Shown here: one piece after another, positions 1-10,353 of the stretch
Position numbering within the stretch: position 1 is the first letter of the stretch
How the letters are laid out: each line of letters opens with the position of its first letter
Notes under the pieces: model-generated
Databases searched by the model: none
The model's input: only the letters and a program-made list of their open reading frames with translations
What the model was told of the DNA's origin: nothing
DNA from: Deltaproteobacteria bacterium
GTDB lineage: Bacteria > Myxococcota > Kuafuiibacteriia > Kuafuiibacteriales > Kuafuiibacteriaceae
Length of the DNA stretch: 64,000 bases
NCBI GenBank assembly: GCA_040218735.1
Contig: JAVJQW010000023.1
Coordinates: 64,001 to 128,000, forward strand
Reading direction: 5' to 3'
Made by a program: the position numbers and the translations under genes

Positions 1-1
1 C

Positions 2-1087
2 GCGCTCCTCGATCACCGCGACGACGGCGCGGAGTCGGAGGCGCTCCTGTTGCACGGCCTCATCGAAGACGCCGAGTTCACATGGTGCGACGGCTCGGCG
101 GACCAGCTGACGTTCCTCCGCCTGCTCGCCGTGCGCGGCGAGGACGCAGCAGTCGAAGCCATGCGTCGCCGCGTCGCGGAGCACGTCGACCACCCGCGCG
201 CCGGATGGTGGGCGTTCTGGGCATTGGAGCGACGCTTCGAACCCGCGGCCGAGCTCATCGTCGCCAGCGATCTCGACGACGCCCAGCGTGACCTGCTCGC
301 CGCCATCTCGGAACGCGAGCTCGACACCCACTTCGTGCGGTTCGGTGTCCCCGACTCCGTCGCCGTGCGTCGACGGTGGCTCGGGCTCGATCCTCCGACA
401 CCGATCGACGCGCCGATGGAAGTCGACGGCGCGACGGTCCCCGCGTGGCAGGCGCGCCTGAAGCTGGGGCTGTCCGACTGGGTCATCGCCGTGCGGGATC
501 AACTCGCGCCGGCCGTGCGGTTGGGCGTGGTCGCCGAGACGTTCGACGGTGTCCATCGCCCGGTCGAGCTGCCCGAGCTCGAGGACGCCGTGCGCACGAC
601 GCCCTCGGTGCGTCGGCTCGCGTGGGCCGAGGCGTTCCTCGACCGGTTCTTCGAAGCGTCGACGCGCGAGGACGTCGAGTCGCAGCGATGGGTCCAGAGC
701 ATGCGTCGCGTCGCGTGCTCTGCGCTCGGCGTCGTCGCCGATCACCTGCCCGACGGCGAGTCGCTCGACGCGTCGAGGCTCGCCGCCTTCACGCTTCACG
801 GGACCGAGACGGCGCGTCACAACGTCGCGAAGGTGATGCCCGAGGCGTGGGTCGAGGCCCATGTGCTGAAGGCGATGAACGACCACCCGCGCCGCACCGA
901 TCTGTCGCTCCAACGGATCGCGCCGATCGTCGAGTACGCGCAGACCCCGACCGTGCTCGAACGCCTCGCGAAGATCCTCGCGGAGGTCACCGGCCCGTAC
1001 GCGATCAAACGCGCCAAGGTGTGGCTCGTCCCGGCCGCGGATCGCCACGACGCCATCGCCGCGATCCTCCCGGACGACTGGCGCTGA
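2..1087 (+). CDS. Hypothetical protein, probably 5'-truncated by the window edge
   Basis: The frame of ORF 50..1087 is open back to base 2 (ALLDHRDDGAESEALLLHG...). Codon usage is GC3-rich. No family recognised. Confidence 0.65.
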   Translation, partial: ALLDHRDDGAESEALLLHGLIEDAEFTWCDGSADQLTFLRLLAVRGEDAAVEAMRRRVAEHVDHPRAGWWAFWALERRFEPAAELIVASDLDDAQRDLLAAISERELDTHFVRFGVPDSVAVRRRWLGLDPPTPIDAPMEVDGATVPAWQARLKLGLSDWVIAVRDQLAPAVRLGVVAETFDGVHRPVELPELEDAVRTTPSVRRLAWAEAFLDRFFEASTREDVESQRWVQSMRRVACSALGVVADHLPDGESLDASRLAAFTLHGTETARHNVAKVMPEAWVEAHVLKAMNDHPRRTDLSLQRIAPIVEYAQTPTVLERLAKILAEVTGPYAIKRAKVWLVPAADRHDAIAAILPDDWR

Positions 1088-1091
1088 CCCC

Positions 1092-4000
1092 TCAGCAGAA
1101 CCGGACGGTGCCCACGCCGAAGAGCTGCTCGACCCGATCGACCACTTCGTCCGTCGGCGCGAGCATGAAGCTCGCGGGCAGCCTCATCTCCACGTCAGCG
1201 GTCTTGTCGAGGTGCACGATGATCTTCACCGAGCAGGTGCCGCGGTGCTCCGTGAGGATCGACTTGAGCTCCACCAAGGTGCGGTCGTCGAAGCGCTTCT
1301 CGTCCGCGGTCACGACGATCGAACGGGTGCGCTCCTCACGCGCGTCCGAGACGCGACGCGCCTCCATGCAGCGGACCCGGAGGCGCTGGTTGCCGTCATC
1401 GTCGGAGCCCATCGAGACGAACGCCTTCACGAGCAGCGGCGCCTCCGACTTGAGCGTCTCCTCGAACTGCGCGAACACCTTCGCGCTCGCCGCCATCTCT
1501 ACGGCGCCCGTCAGATCTTCCACGGTGATGAACGCCATGCGGCCCGAGCCGTCGCGCAGGGGGCGCTCGCGCAGCGCGGTCACGACGCAACCCATGACGA
1601 CCTCGGCCCGGTTCCCCTTCTTCTCGAGCTGCGAGATCGTCGCGTTGGAGAACCGACGCATGTCGTCCTGATAGCGGTCGAGCGGGTGCCCCGTGATGTA
1701 GAAGCTGATCGCCTGCTTCTCGAGCTTCAGACGCTCCAGCTCGGGCCACTCGCGGATCGTGTCGTCGTAGACCTCGCGCGGCTTGATCGCCGCGGCGAGC
1801 TCCGGGGAGCCGAACAAGGACTCCTGCCCCGCCGCCTGCGCGCGCTGCGTGGACTTCGCGGCTTCGATCGCCCCGTCCAACGCGGAGAAGAGCTGCGCGC
1901 GCGGTCGCTCGAAGCAGTCGAACGCGCCCGACTTCACCAACGTCTCGAGCGTCTTCTTGTTGAGCTGCTTCAGCGGGACCCGCTCGCAGAAGTCGTAGAG
2001 CGAAGAGAACGCACCGCGTTCGTCGCGGGCGTCGAGGATCGAGGACAGCGCCGCCCCACCGAGCCCCTTGATCGCGGAGAGCCCGAAACGAATGCGCCCG
2101 TCCGGCACCGAGAACGAGCGCTCCGACTCGTTCACCGTCGGCGGCAGCACCTCGATGCCCATCGACTTCGCGTCCGCGATGTACTTGACGATGTTGTCGG
2201 TGTTGTTGACCTCGGTCGACAACAGCGCCGCCATGAACTCCACCGGGTAGTAAGCCTTGAGGTAGGCCGTGTGGTACGTGATCAGCGCGTACGCGGCGGA
2301 GTGTGACTTGTTGAAGCCGTACCCCGCGAACTTCTCCATCAGGTCGAAGACGCCCTTGGCCTCGTCCTCGGGGATGCCGCGTTCCACACACCCGTCGGTG
2401 AACTTCACGCGCTCCTTGGCCATGACCTCGACCTTCTTCTTACCCATCGCGCGGCGGAGGAGATCCGCGCCGCCGAGTGAGTAGCCGGCCATGACCTGCG
2501 CCGCCTGCATCACCTGCTCCTGGTAGACGAAGCCGCCGTACGTCGGCTTGAGGATCCCCTCCAGCAACGGGTGCGGATACTTCACCTTCCGACGGCCGTT
2601 CTTGCACTCGACGAAGTCGTCGACCATGCCCGTCTGAAGCGGGCCGGGGCGGTAGAGCGCCACCGCCGCGACGATGTCTTCGAAGCAGTCGGCCTTCAGT
2701 CGTTTGAGCAGCTCCTGGAACCCGGTCGACTCGAGCTGGAAGACGCCGAGGGTCTCGCCCTTGCCGATCAGCTTGAAGACCGCCGGATCGTCGAGCGGCA
2801 GCAGGCTACAGCGCAGCGTGAGGTCGATGCCCTCGTCCCGCACCTTCAGACGATCCACGTACGCCGTGCCGTCGTTCACCGCGGCGGTGAGCGCTTCCTT
2901 CGTCTCCAGGGTCTTCCGGACGTGCGGGTGTTTCCAGAGCGCCGCGATGTCCTTCTCGTTCAGCTCCTTCTCGAGCCGCACGTTGGTGTGGCGCTCGGCG
3001 TGATAGATGACGTCGAGGGTCTTGAGGCCGAGGAAGTCGAACTTCACCAGGCCCGCGTCCTCGACGTCCGTCATCGAGAACTGCGTGACGAGCTCGTCGT
3101 CGTTGCCGCGGAAGATCGGCACGACCTCCCACAGGTTGGAGTCCGCGATCACGATTCCCGCGGCGTGCATGCCCGCTTGCCGGTACAGGCCCTCGAGCTT
3201 GCGCGCGATCTCGACGACCTCCTTGTAGACCTCGCTCTCCTCGGTGAGCTGGCGCAGCTTCGGCTCCAGCTCGATCGCCTTCTCCAGGGTGATCGGCTTC
3301 GTGTTGCCCTTCTTGTCCTTGTACGTGTTGGGCAGCAGCTTCGTGAGCGCGTTGACCTCCGCGAACGGGACCTCCAGGCACCGCGCGACGTCCTTGATCA
3401 CCGACTTCGCCTTCATCTGCGCGAACGTCGCGATCTGCCCGACCTGCGTCGCGCCGTACTTGTCCGTGACGTAGTCGATCACTTCGCCGCGCCGCTCCTG
3501 ACAGAAGTCGACATCGAAGTCGGGCATCGACACACGCTCCGGATTCAGGAAGCGTTCGAACAGCAAGTTGTACGGGAGGGGATCCAGATCCGTGATGCGC
3601 AGGCAGTACGCGACGAGCGACCCCGCGCCCGAGCCACGCCCCGGCCCCACCGGGATGTCGTGTTGCTTCGCCCAGTTGATGAAGTCCGCGACGATCAGGA
3701 AGTAGCCGGGGAACTTCATGCCGACGATGATGTCGAGCTCCTCCTTCAGGCGCGCCTTGTACAGGTCACGATCGACCGCGTACGTCATCTCCTTGAAGCG
3801 CTCTTCCAGCCCCTTGTACGAGCGGTCGATCAGGTGGGACGTGAGGTCCGAGCCGTCCTCGGGGACGAACGTCGGCAACATCGGGTTGCCGAGGTTGAGC
3901 TCCAGCTCGATTAGCTCCGTGATGCGCCGCGTGTTGTCGACGGCCTCGGGGACGTCGCGGAACAGCGAGCGCATCTCCTCGGGCGAGCGGATGTAGAGGG

Positions 4001-4715
4001 CGTCCGTCTTGCGCTGAAAGCGCGTCGGGTCGTTGCGCGACTTGCCGTACTGAATCGCCATCAGCACGTCGTGCGCGGCGGCGTCGTCGCGCATCTTGTA
4101 GTGGCAGTTGTTCGTCGCGATGAGCGGCACCTCGCAGTCGCGCGCGAGCTGCTTGAGGTGGTCGTTGGCCATCCGCTGATCCGGGAGCCCGGTGTCCTGC
4201 AGCTCGAGGAAGAACGCCTCGGGATCGAAGATCGACTTGAACTCGAGTGTCGCTTCGCGCGCACGATCGAGATCACCCCGCATCGCCGAGCCGGCGATCT
4301 CTCCGCCGAGGCACCCGGACAACCCGATCAACCCGCGTGACCGCTCGCGGAGGATGTCCTTGTCGATGCGCGGCTTGTAATAGAAGCCCTCCTGGTACCC
4401 CATCGACACGAGGTACATGAGGTTCGAGTACCCTTCGCGATTCTTGGCGAGCAGCACGAGGTGGGTGTTGCGGCCCTTCGTTCGATCGAGGCGCCCCTTC
4501 TCCGCGACCCACATCTCGCAGCCGAGGATCGGCTTGATGCCCGCGCCCTTCGCGCGTCGGTAGAAGTCGATCGCGCCGAAGAGGTTCCCGTGCTCCGTGA
4601 TGGCGCACGCATCCATCCCGAGCTCGGCGATCCGCGGCACGAGCTCCTTCATGTGGATGGCGCCGTCCAGGAAGCTGTACTGGGTGTGCAGGTGGAGGTG
4701 CGTGAAGTCCGCCAC
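1092..4715 (-). CDS. dnaE: DNA polymerase III alpha subunit
   Basis: PHP HLHLHTQYSFLDG, GPGRGSGAGS, catalytic PDFDVDF, VKFDFLGLKTL, YGFNKSH and a C-terminal OB fold. GTG start at 4715 (4733 possible). Confidence 0.97.
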   Translation of the reverse strand: MADFTHLHLHTQYSFLDGAIHMKELVPRIAELGMDACAITEHGNLFGAIDFYRRAKGAGIKPILGCEMWVAEKGRLDRTKGRNTHLVLLAKNREGYSNLMYLVSMGYQEGFYYKPRIDKDILRERSRGLIGLSGCLGGEIAGSAMRGDLDRAREATLEFKSIFDPEAFFLELQDTGLPDQRMANDHLKQLARDCEVPLIATNNCHYKMRDDAAAHDVLMAIQYGKSRNDPTRFQRKTDALYIRSPEEMRSLFRDVPEAVDNTRRITELIELELNLGNPMLPTFVPEDGSDLTSHLIDRSYKGLEERFKEMTYAVDRDLYKARLKEELDIIVGMKFPGYFLIVADFINWAKQHDIPVGPGRGSGAGSLVAYCLRITDLDPLPYNLLFERFLNPERVSMPDFDVDFCQERRGEVIDYVTDKYGATQVGQIATFAQMKAKSVIKDVARCLEVPFAEVNALTKLLPNTYKDKKGNTKPITLEKAIELEPKLRQLTEESEVYKEVVEIARKLEGLYRQAGMHAAGIVIADSNLWEVVPIFRGNDDELVTQFSMTDVEDAGLVKFDFLGLKTLDVIYHAERHTNVRLEKELNEKDIAALWKHPHVRKTLETKEALTAAVNDGTAYVDRLKVRDEGIDLTLRCSLLPLDDPAVFKLIGKGETLGVFQLESTGFQELLKRLKADCFEDIVAAVALYRPGPLQTGMVDDFVECKNGRRKVKYPHPLLEGILKPTYGGFVYQEQVMQAAQVMAGYSLGGADLLRRAMGKKKVEVMAKERVKFTDGCVERGIPEDEAKGVFDLMEKFAGYGFNKSHSAAYALITYHTAYLKAYYPVEFMAALLSTEVNNTDNIVKYIADAKSMGIEVLPPTVNESERSFSVPDGRIRFGLSAIKGLGGAALSSILDARDERGAFSSLYDFCERVPLKQLNKKTLETLVKSGAFDCFERPRAQLFSALDGAIEAAKSTQRAQAAGQESLFGSPELAAAIKPREVYDDTIREWPELERLKLEKQAISFYITGHPLDRYQDDMRRFSNATISQLEKKGNRAEVVMGCVVTALRERPLRDGSGRMAFITVEDLTGAVEMAASAKVFAQFEETLKSEAPLLVKAFVSMGSDDDGNQRLRVRCMEARRVSDAREERTRSIVVTADEKRFDDRTLVELKSILTEHRGTCSVKIIVHLDKTADVEMRLPASFMLAPTDEVVDRVEQLFGVGTVRFC

Positions 4716-4776
4716 GGCCGAATCAGACAGCACAACGGCCCGGCCGGATCAACCGGAGCCCGTTAAACCTGCGTTC

Positions 4777-5184
4777 TCAGCCCGTTCGTGTGCGGCCGGC
4801 GCGCCTTCGGTTCTTCGCCGGCGCCGGGTCCGCGTAGGGGGGGCGCCAAGTCGGCGGCGGGCCGGCCCAGCCGAACACCGCGAGGTTCACACGCCCGCTC
4901 TCGGTGAAGACGATCCCTTCCTTTTCGAGGAGCTTGCGCTGCCGCGTCGGGCGCTCGATGTCGCCGCGCGCGGAGATGCGACCCGAGGCGTTGATCACCC
5001 GCTGCCACGGGACGACCTTCGCGCGCTTTCGGTCGAGGTGCTTCAGGGCGCGACCGACCGCGCGCGCGTAGCGCGGCGAGACCACGTAGGTGGCGACCTG
5101 TCCGTACGTCGCGACCTGCCCCTTCGGGATCATCTGCGTCACGGTGTAGACGGCCTCGATGAAACGGTCGTCGAGCTGAACCAC
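4777..5184 (-). CDS. Alkyltransferase-like (ATL/YbaZ, MGMT family) O6-alkylguanine DNA-binding protein
   Basis: IPKGQVATYGQVA, ARAVGRAL and PWQRVIN (Trp at the AGT catalytic Cys position), QRKLLEKEGI. GTG start inferred at 5184. Confidence 0.88.
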   Translation of the reverse strand: MVQLDDRFIEAVYTVTQMIPKGQVATYGQVATYVVSPRYARAVGRALKHLDRKRAKVVPWQRVINASGRISARGDIERPTRQRKLLEKEGIVFTESGRVNLAVFGWAGPPPTWRPPYADPAPAKNRRRAGRTRTG

Positions 5185-5239
5185 CCGTACGTTGAATGAC
5201 GAAGCGCCAACTTTCGCAAGCGTGCGGTAGACTCTTCGC

Positions 5240-6727
5240 GTGCGCCGCGTCCTCCCGTTTGCCTTGGCCCTCGCCGCGTGCACCGGAGAGTCCGGCGGGC
5301 TGACGCGCGTCGCGGGGAGCGGATACTTCGACCCGCCCAGCATCGACTTCGGCGCGCAGCCGATCGGCGACGTCGCACGAATCCCCGTGCGCTTCACGAA
5401 CTCGAGCGGCACCGGGTTTCAGGTGCTCGACGTGCAGTACGAGCCCCCCGCCGACGGCTTCGGCCTCCGCCTCGAAGGCGGCGGGTCGTTGCGCAACTCG
5501 ATCGTCGGACGCGGCGCGTCGGTCGCGCTGGAGGCGACGTTCGGTCCGGACCGCGAGGGCCCGGTCGAAGTCATGGCGCTCGTACAAACCGAGGACCTGG
5601 AGATCCCGCTCGAGCTCGCCGGCGTCGGCCAGCGCGTCGAGCCCGCGGTGCTCGTCGCGAACCCGACGACGGTCGACTTCGGCGAGGTCGCGGTGGGCGG
5701 GCGGGCCACCCAGCCGCTCACGCTGACCAACGGCGGCGAGCGCGCCGGACGGTTCGCGCGCGCCATCGGCCGCGCCCCCTTCGACGCCTCGCTCGAGAGC
5801 GGCGCAGCGATCCCCGCGACCGATCTCGAGCCCGGCGACACGATCGCCGCGGAGGTCGGCTTCGCCCCGCTGAACGTCGGCGCGTACGACGAGGTCGTGC
5901 GCTTCCTGCTCGACGGCGGCGACCAGACCGTCGTCCAGGTCCGCGGCACGGCGGTCGCGGCCGGCACGTTGAGCTGCGCGGTGACGAGCTTCGCGTTCGG
6001 CCCGGTCGAGCGCGGCGACGAGGCGCGCATCCCGGTGACCTGCACGGCGACCGGCGCGTATCGCGTGGGGAGCATCGTCTCCGACTCCGGCGAGATCGTC
6101 GTCGCCTCGGTGACACCGGCGATCGGGAGCAGCGTGACGACGCTGCAGTTCGAGCTGGTGTTTCGGGCGCGCGGCGTCGCGCACGCGGTGGAGGCCGACA
6201 TCACGATCACCGCGACGCACGGCGAACAAACCGTCCTCTCCGTCACCGCGGAGGTCGTCGACCTCCCGGCGTCGGAGGTCGACCTCGTGGCTGCGATCGA
6301 CTGGGTCGCGTCGGCGGACATCGATCTGCACCTGGTCCGGCAAGGTGGCCTGCCGTTCATGCAGGAGAACGACTGCCACTTCGAAGCGCCCACGATCGAC
6401 TGGAACACCCTCGGCGAGGACGCCGACGATCCGTTCTTGAGCCGGGACGTGACCAACGGTCCGGCCGAGGAGCAGATCTCGATGGAGAACGGCTCGACGG
6501 GGGTCTACGACGTGTTCGTTTTCCTGAACGACGGCGCGCAGCTCGTCGCCGTCGACGCCGAGATCCTGCTGCGAAATCAGGCGCCGATCCCGCTCTCGCG
6601 CACGCTCGATGGGTGCGGCGTGATGTGGCACGTCGGGACGATCCGACACGACTTGGGGCCTCCGCGCTTCGAGGTCGCGGACACCGTGTCGACCAACTAC
6701 ATGGCCTTCGCCGACTGCGCGAACTGA
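5240..6727 (+). CDS. Lipoprotein with tandem Ig-like (choice-of-anchor D/ASH-type) domains and a C-terminal YfaP-like domain
   Basis: Lipobox LAAC; repeated DFG/AFG...TLTN-G units; C-terminal W..ADIDLHL...GPAEEQI...GVYDVFV. Confidence 0.75.
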   Translation: MRRVLPFALALAACTGESGGLTRVAGSGYFDPPSIDFGAQPIGDVARIPVRFTNSSGTGFQVLDVQYEPPADGFGLRLEGGGSLRNSIVGRGASVALEATFGPDREGPVEVMALVQTEDLEIPLELAGVGQRVEPAVLVANPTTVDFGEVAVGGRATQPLTLTNGGERAGRFARAIGRAPFDASLESGAAIPATDLEPGDTIAAEVGFAPLNVGAYDEVVRFLLDGGDQTVVQVRGTAVAAGTLSCAVTSFAFGPVERGDEARIPVTCTATGAYRVGSIVSDSGEIVVASVTPAIGSSVTTLQFELVFRARGVAHAVEADITITATHGEQTVLSVTAEVVDLPASEVDLVAAIDWVASADIDLHLVRQGGLPFMQENDCHFEAPTIDWNTLGEDADDPFLSRDVTNGPAEEQISMENGSTGVYDVFVFLNDGAQLVAVDAEILLRNQAPIPLSRTLDGCGVMWHVGTIRHDLGPPRFEVADTVSTNYMAFADCAN

Positions 6728-6774
6728 ATTCGGCTCGTTTTTTCGGGCGGGATGGCGTTAACGTCCGCGCCGAC

Positions 6775-7527
6775 GTGCTGGGGCTCCTCCTCATCGGGGC
6801 GACCGTCGGGGTCAGCGTGGACGAGGTCCGCGACGTCGAGCCGGCCGTCACGGACCGGATCGTCGAGACGCTCGCACGCCACATCAGCGCGCACAGCGGA
6901 CGCGCCGTGGTTCGCGACACCATGCTGTGGAGCTCGTGCACGCGCGACGACCGTTGCATCGACGCGGTGCGCAGCCGCACCAAGACCGACGACATCGCGT
7001 TCGTGCAGATCTTCGGCGGCGTGCGGCGGGTGCGCGTGCGCGTCGATCACATCGAGGGCAACGGACGGCTACGCTCCGCACGCGCGACGCTCCCCCTCGG
7101 CGAGGACTTCGGGCCTCCGCTGCTGGAGGTCGTGCGCCGCACGTTCGATCCGGGCGTCGCACCGCCGCCCCCGCCTCCGCCCGTCGTCACGGCGCCCCCT
7201 CCCGAGCGCACCACGTGGCCGATCTGGTTGGCGGCCGGGGTGACCGTCGCGGCGAGCGGCGCCGCGATCGGGTTCGGGGTCAGCGCCAACAGCGCCTCGT
7301 CCGAGCTCAACGGACGCATCACCCGCCCGGCGGAGTACGACGCGCTGAGCGACCGAGCCGGTACCCACGGCACGATCTCGAACGTCGCGTGGATCTCCGC
7401 CGCCGTCGCCGCAGGCGCGACGCTGACCCTACTCGTCTTGGAGCTCGCCAATCCCGACGTTGCACCCGAGCGGGTGGGCGTCGAACTCGGCGACGACAAT
7501 CGTAACGGGCTTGGCTATCTCGAATAG
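6775..7527 (+). CDS. Hypothetical exported/membrane protein with Pro-rich linker and two C-terminal hydrophobic segments
   Basis: 3' part of ORF 5278..7527. GTG at 6775 starts a hydrophobic N-terminus; poly-Pro linker; WPIWLAAGVTVAASG and AWISAAVAAGATLTLLV segments. Confidence 0.6.
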   Translation: MLGLLLIGATVGVSVDEVRDVEPAVTDRIVETLARHISAHSGRAVVRDTMLWSSCTRDDRCIDAVRSRTKTDDIAFVQIFGGVRRVRVRVDHIEGNGRLRSARATLPLGEDFGPPLLEVVRRTFDPGVAPPPPPPPVVTAPPPERTTWPIWLAAGVTVAASGAAIGFGVSANSASSELNGRITRPAEYDALSDRAGTHGTISNVAWISAAVAAGATLTLLVLELANPDVAPERVGVELGDDNRNGLGYLE

Positions 7528-8820
7528 AAGGACGCGGTTGCCGACGCGGATGACCTCGTCGATCTCGCTGTCCGCGATGCGGTCGAGCATGCAGTTGTCC
7601 AACCCCTCCACCCAGTAGCGGAAGAAACCCACCGTCGCTCCGAGGACGATCCCGTAATCGAAGTCGTAGATCCACGGTGTCCTGCGCCCGACGTCGGCCT
7701 GCAACGCGATGGCCCAAGTGTCACGGTCGACCTGTCGGACGATCCCGCCGCTCTTGGTCGAAGCCACGAGCCCGTAGCGACGCGTCGGGGTGAAGGCGAT
7801 CGGGGGACCGAGCGGCCCCTCACCGACCGGCGTCGAGGACGGGACACCATCCACGATGCGGTAGACGAACGCGCGACTGTCCATCCCGACGTAGGTCGCC
7901 CCTTCCTCGCGAACGTGATGAACGTCCGCGGAGAGCAGGCGCCCGATCGACGGGATGGGGTCCTCCTGAAAGAGCTCGCGCCACGTGCCGCCGACGTAGT
8001 GGTACATCGTCGCGCTCGACGTGAGCGTCCACAGCTCGAGGTCGTCGCCCGCCCCCACGCCGTCGGCCCACACGCGGCGCTGCGTGTCCCAGGGCCCGTT
8101 GCGGTCGGTCACCTGATACTGCATCTGCCCGTCGAGGTACCCGAACGCCCCGTTGCGACGCATCAACCACACGACGCCGTCGTCATCGATGTGCCCGCCG
8201 ATGAACCGCGTGGGCGACTCGACCACCTTCGTCAGCGTGTACGAATCGAGGTCGAGCGCGTAGCCGTCACCGTTGCCCACGAAGACGAGCGGCGGACGGT
8301 TCGGAGGCTGGAGCACGAACTGAACGGAGTGCGTCGCGGTCGTCGTGTGGCGGGTGATCGTTCGGTCGTACGCGAGGCACGCGTCGTAGCCGTTCCCGAG
8401 CGCGGGGCGCGTGTACGCGGTGGTGTCTTCGACGACCTCGAAGTCGATCGTCTCCCCGGTCCACGCCCCCTCCGCCGCCCACGCCGGCTGCGGCATCTCC
8501 AAGACGGGTGAAGGCGCGACCTGCAGGACGTCATCGTCCGCGGGGACCTCGGCGAGCTCGTAACACGTCGACAGCTGCGCGTCGGTGAACCCGACGAGGC
8601 GCTCGCGAACCCCGTCGGGCTGCACGGCGATCGGCTCGGAGAAGGGGTTCGTCTCGCCGCGCGGGAACAGCGCCGATGCGCGGACCATCGCGCCGGTGTC
8701 GTCCAACGTCACGAGCGCGACCTGCGTGACGTCGTCGGGCGGCGCGGGCGCACGGCCGGCGCCTTCGATGTCGTAGGAGCACGCGGCGAGCCCCGCGGCG
8801 AGCACGACGAACCGCTTCAC
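7429..8820 (-). CDS. Hypothetical lipoprotein, probably beta-propeller-like
   Basis: GTG start overlaps the kinase stop (GTGA). MKRFVVLAAGLAAC lipobox; beta-rich repeats. Confidence 0.7.
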   Translation of the reverse strand: MKRFVVLAAGLAACSYDIEGAGRAPAPPDDVTQVALVTLDDTGAMVRASALFPRGETNPFSEPIAVQPDGVRERLVGFTDAQLSTCYELAEVPADDDVLQVAPSPVLEMPQPAWAAEGAWTGETIDFEVVEDTTAYTRPALGNGYDACLAYDRTITRHTTTATHSVQFVLQPPNRPPLVFVGNGDGYALDLDSYTLTKVVESPTRFIGGHIDDDGVVWLMRRNGAFGYLDGQMQYQVTDRNGPWDTQRRVWADGVGAGDDLELWTLTSSATMYHYVGGTWRELFQEDPIPSIGRLLSADVHHVREEGATYVGMDSRAFVYRIVDGVPSSTPVGEGPLGPPIAFTPTRRYGLVASTKSGGIVRQVDRDTWAIALQADVGRRTPWIYDFDYGIVLGATVGFFRYWVEGLDNCMLDRIADSEIDEVIRVGNRVLLFEIAKPVTIVVAEFDAHPLGCNVGIGELQDE

Positions 8821-10352
8821 GGCGCGGACCTCTCCAGGCGCTTCGTCTCGCGCTCGAGCGTCGTCAACGCGTCGAGGGTGTCCTGCGCCTCGGGGGCCTT
8901 CGTCACCTTCTCGCTCAACGCGAGGTAACGATCCTCGAGCCGTCCGAAGTCGGCCTCGGACAGCTGGTCGACGAGCTTCGACAAACGACGACGCACCACG
9001 CGGAGCCGCTGCTCGGACGAGAGCTTCGGCGTCGGCGGTGCCGGGGGCGCGGTCGTCGTCCGCTTCATCGTCGTGCGCCGCTTCGTCGGGCGGACGACAC
9101 GACGCGGCGGCGGCGCCGGATCCGGTTCGTCGGGCTCCGCGACCTCGGGGGTCTCCACCGGGACCACGCCGGGCCGCACCGCGACCTGCGGCCGAGGCTT
9201 CGGCGGCGTGATCGGAGCGATGCGCGTGGGGGCGGAAGGCTCCCCGACGAACAGACTCACACCCACCGCGACCAAGGCCGTCACCACCACGAACATGAGC
9301 ACGAGCATCGACAGCGGCCAAGGTCGCGCTTCCTTGACCTGCGCGATCACGACCGGAGCGGTCGACGACGGGGTCAGGGAGGGGGTGAGCACCGGCGTTG
9401 GATCCTGCACCAGCGCGGTCGGATCCATCGAGGCGGCGACGGTCGCCCCGTCGAGGCTTTCGAGCGGGAGCGCGATCGTCTCGTCGATCGCGGAGAGCAT
9501 CTGCAGCACCTCCGCCGCCGACGCCGGCCGATCTTCCGGGCGCTTCTGCAGCAGCGTCGTCGCGATCTCGCCGAGCGGCCCATAGCCCGAGAGGTCGGGC
9601 GGTGGCTTCTTCACGTGCGCGCGGAGCACGTCGATCAGCGAACCCGAGAACGGCGGCTTGCCGGTGAGCATGTAACAGATGATCGCGCCGAGCGCGTACA
9701 GGTCGACACCAGGGCCCTGCTCGACCGACGTCACGACCTGCTCGGGCGCCATGTAGTTGGGCGTCCCGGTGAGGCCGTCGCCGGTGAGACGCGTGCGCAT
9801 CTCCTCGCCCTCGTAGGCGCGCGCGATCCCGAAGTCGAGGATGCGAACGAGCTCCCCCTTCGGCGTCCGCGAGATGATCATGTTCAGCGGCTTCAGGTCG
9901 CGGTGGATCAGGCTCGCCTCGTGCGCCGCCGTGAGGGCGCTTGCAATCTGGGTTGCAAAACGTAGCGCGCGACTCGGGAGCAACGATCCCTCGCGCACCA
10001 CGATGTCCCGCATCGTCTCGCCGTCGATGAACGGCATCACGATGTACGGCGCTCCGTCGACCATCCCCGAGTCGACGCCGCTGACGATGTTCGGGTGACG
10101 CAGGCTCATCAGGATGCGCGCCTCCCGCTGGAAGCGCTTCTTCACCACCGTGTTGGCGCGTGACTTCGCGACCTTCACCGCGAGTGTGCCGTCGCGCTCG
10201 GGGTGTCGCGCCCGGTAGACGTCCGCGAGCCCACCGTCACCGATGCGCGACTCCAACACGTACTCCCCGGCGAGCGTACCCGTCCGATCGAGCGCCGGTT
10301 CGTCCGGCGCCGCCTCGTCGAGCGTCGTCGAGTCGTCGAGTCGGTCCGTCAT
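8817..10352 (-). CDS. Membrane Ser/Thr protein kinase (Hanks type)
   Basis: GDGGLADV, AVKV, HRDLKPLN, DFG, GTPNYMAPE; one TM helix and a Pro-rich tail. Confidence 0.93.
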   Translation of the reverse strand: MTDRLDDSTTLDEAAPDEPALDRTGTLAGEYVLESRIGDGGLADVYRARHPERDGTLAVKVAKSRANTVVKKRFQREARILMSLRHPNIVSGVDSGMVDGAPYIVMPFIDGETMRDIVVREGSLLPSRALRFATQIASALTAAHEASLIHRDLKPLNMIISRTPKGELVRILDFGIARAYEGEEMRTRLTGDGLTGTPNYMAPEQVVTSVEQGPGVDLYALGAIICYMLTGKPPFSGSLIDVLRAHVKKPPPDLSGYGPLGEIATTLLQKRPEDRPASAAEVLQMLSAIDETIALPLESLDGATVAASMDPTALVQDPTPVLTPSLTPSSTAPVVIAQVKEARPWPLSMLVLMFVVVTALVAVGVSLFVGEPSAPTRIAPITPPKPRPQVAVRPGVVPVETPEVAEPDEPDPAPPPRRVVRPTKRRTTMKRTTTAPPAPPTPKLSSEQRLRVVRRRLSKLVDQLSEADFGRLEDRYLALSEKVTKAPEAQDTLDALTTLERETKRLERSAP

Positions 10353-10353
10353 C

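Noticed and set aside
2810-2990. Possible intein in dnaE
   Set aside because: Too short, and it has no C/S start or His-Asn end.
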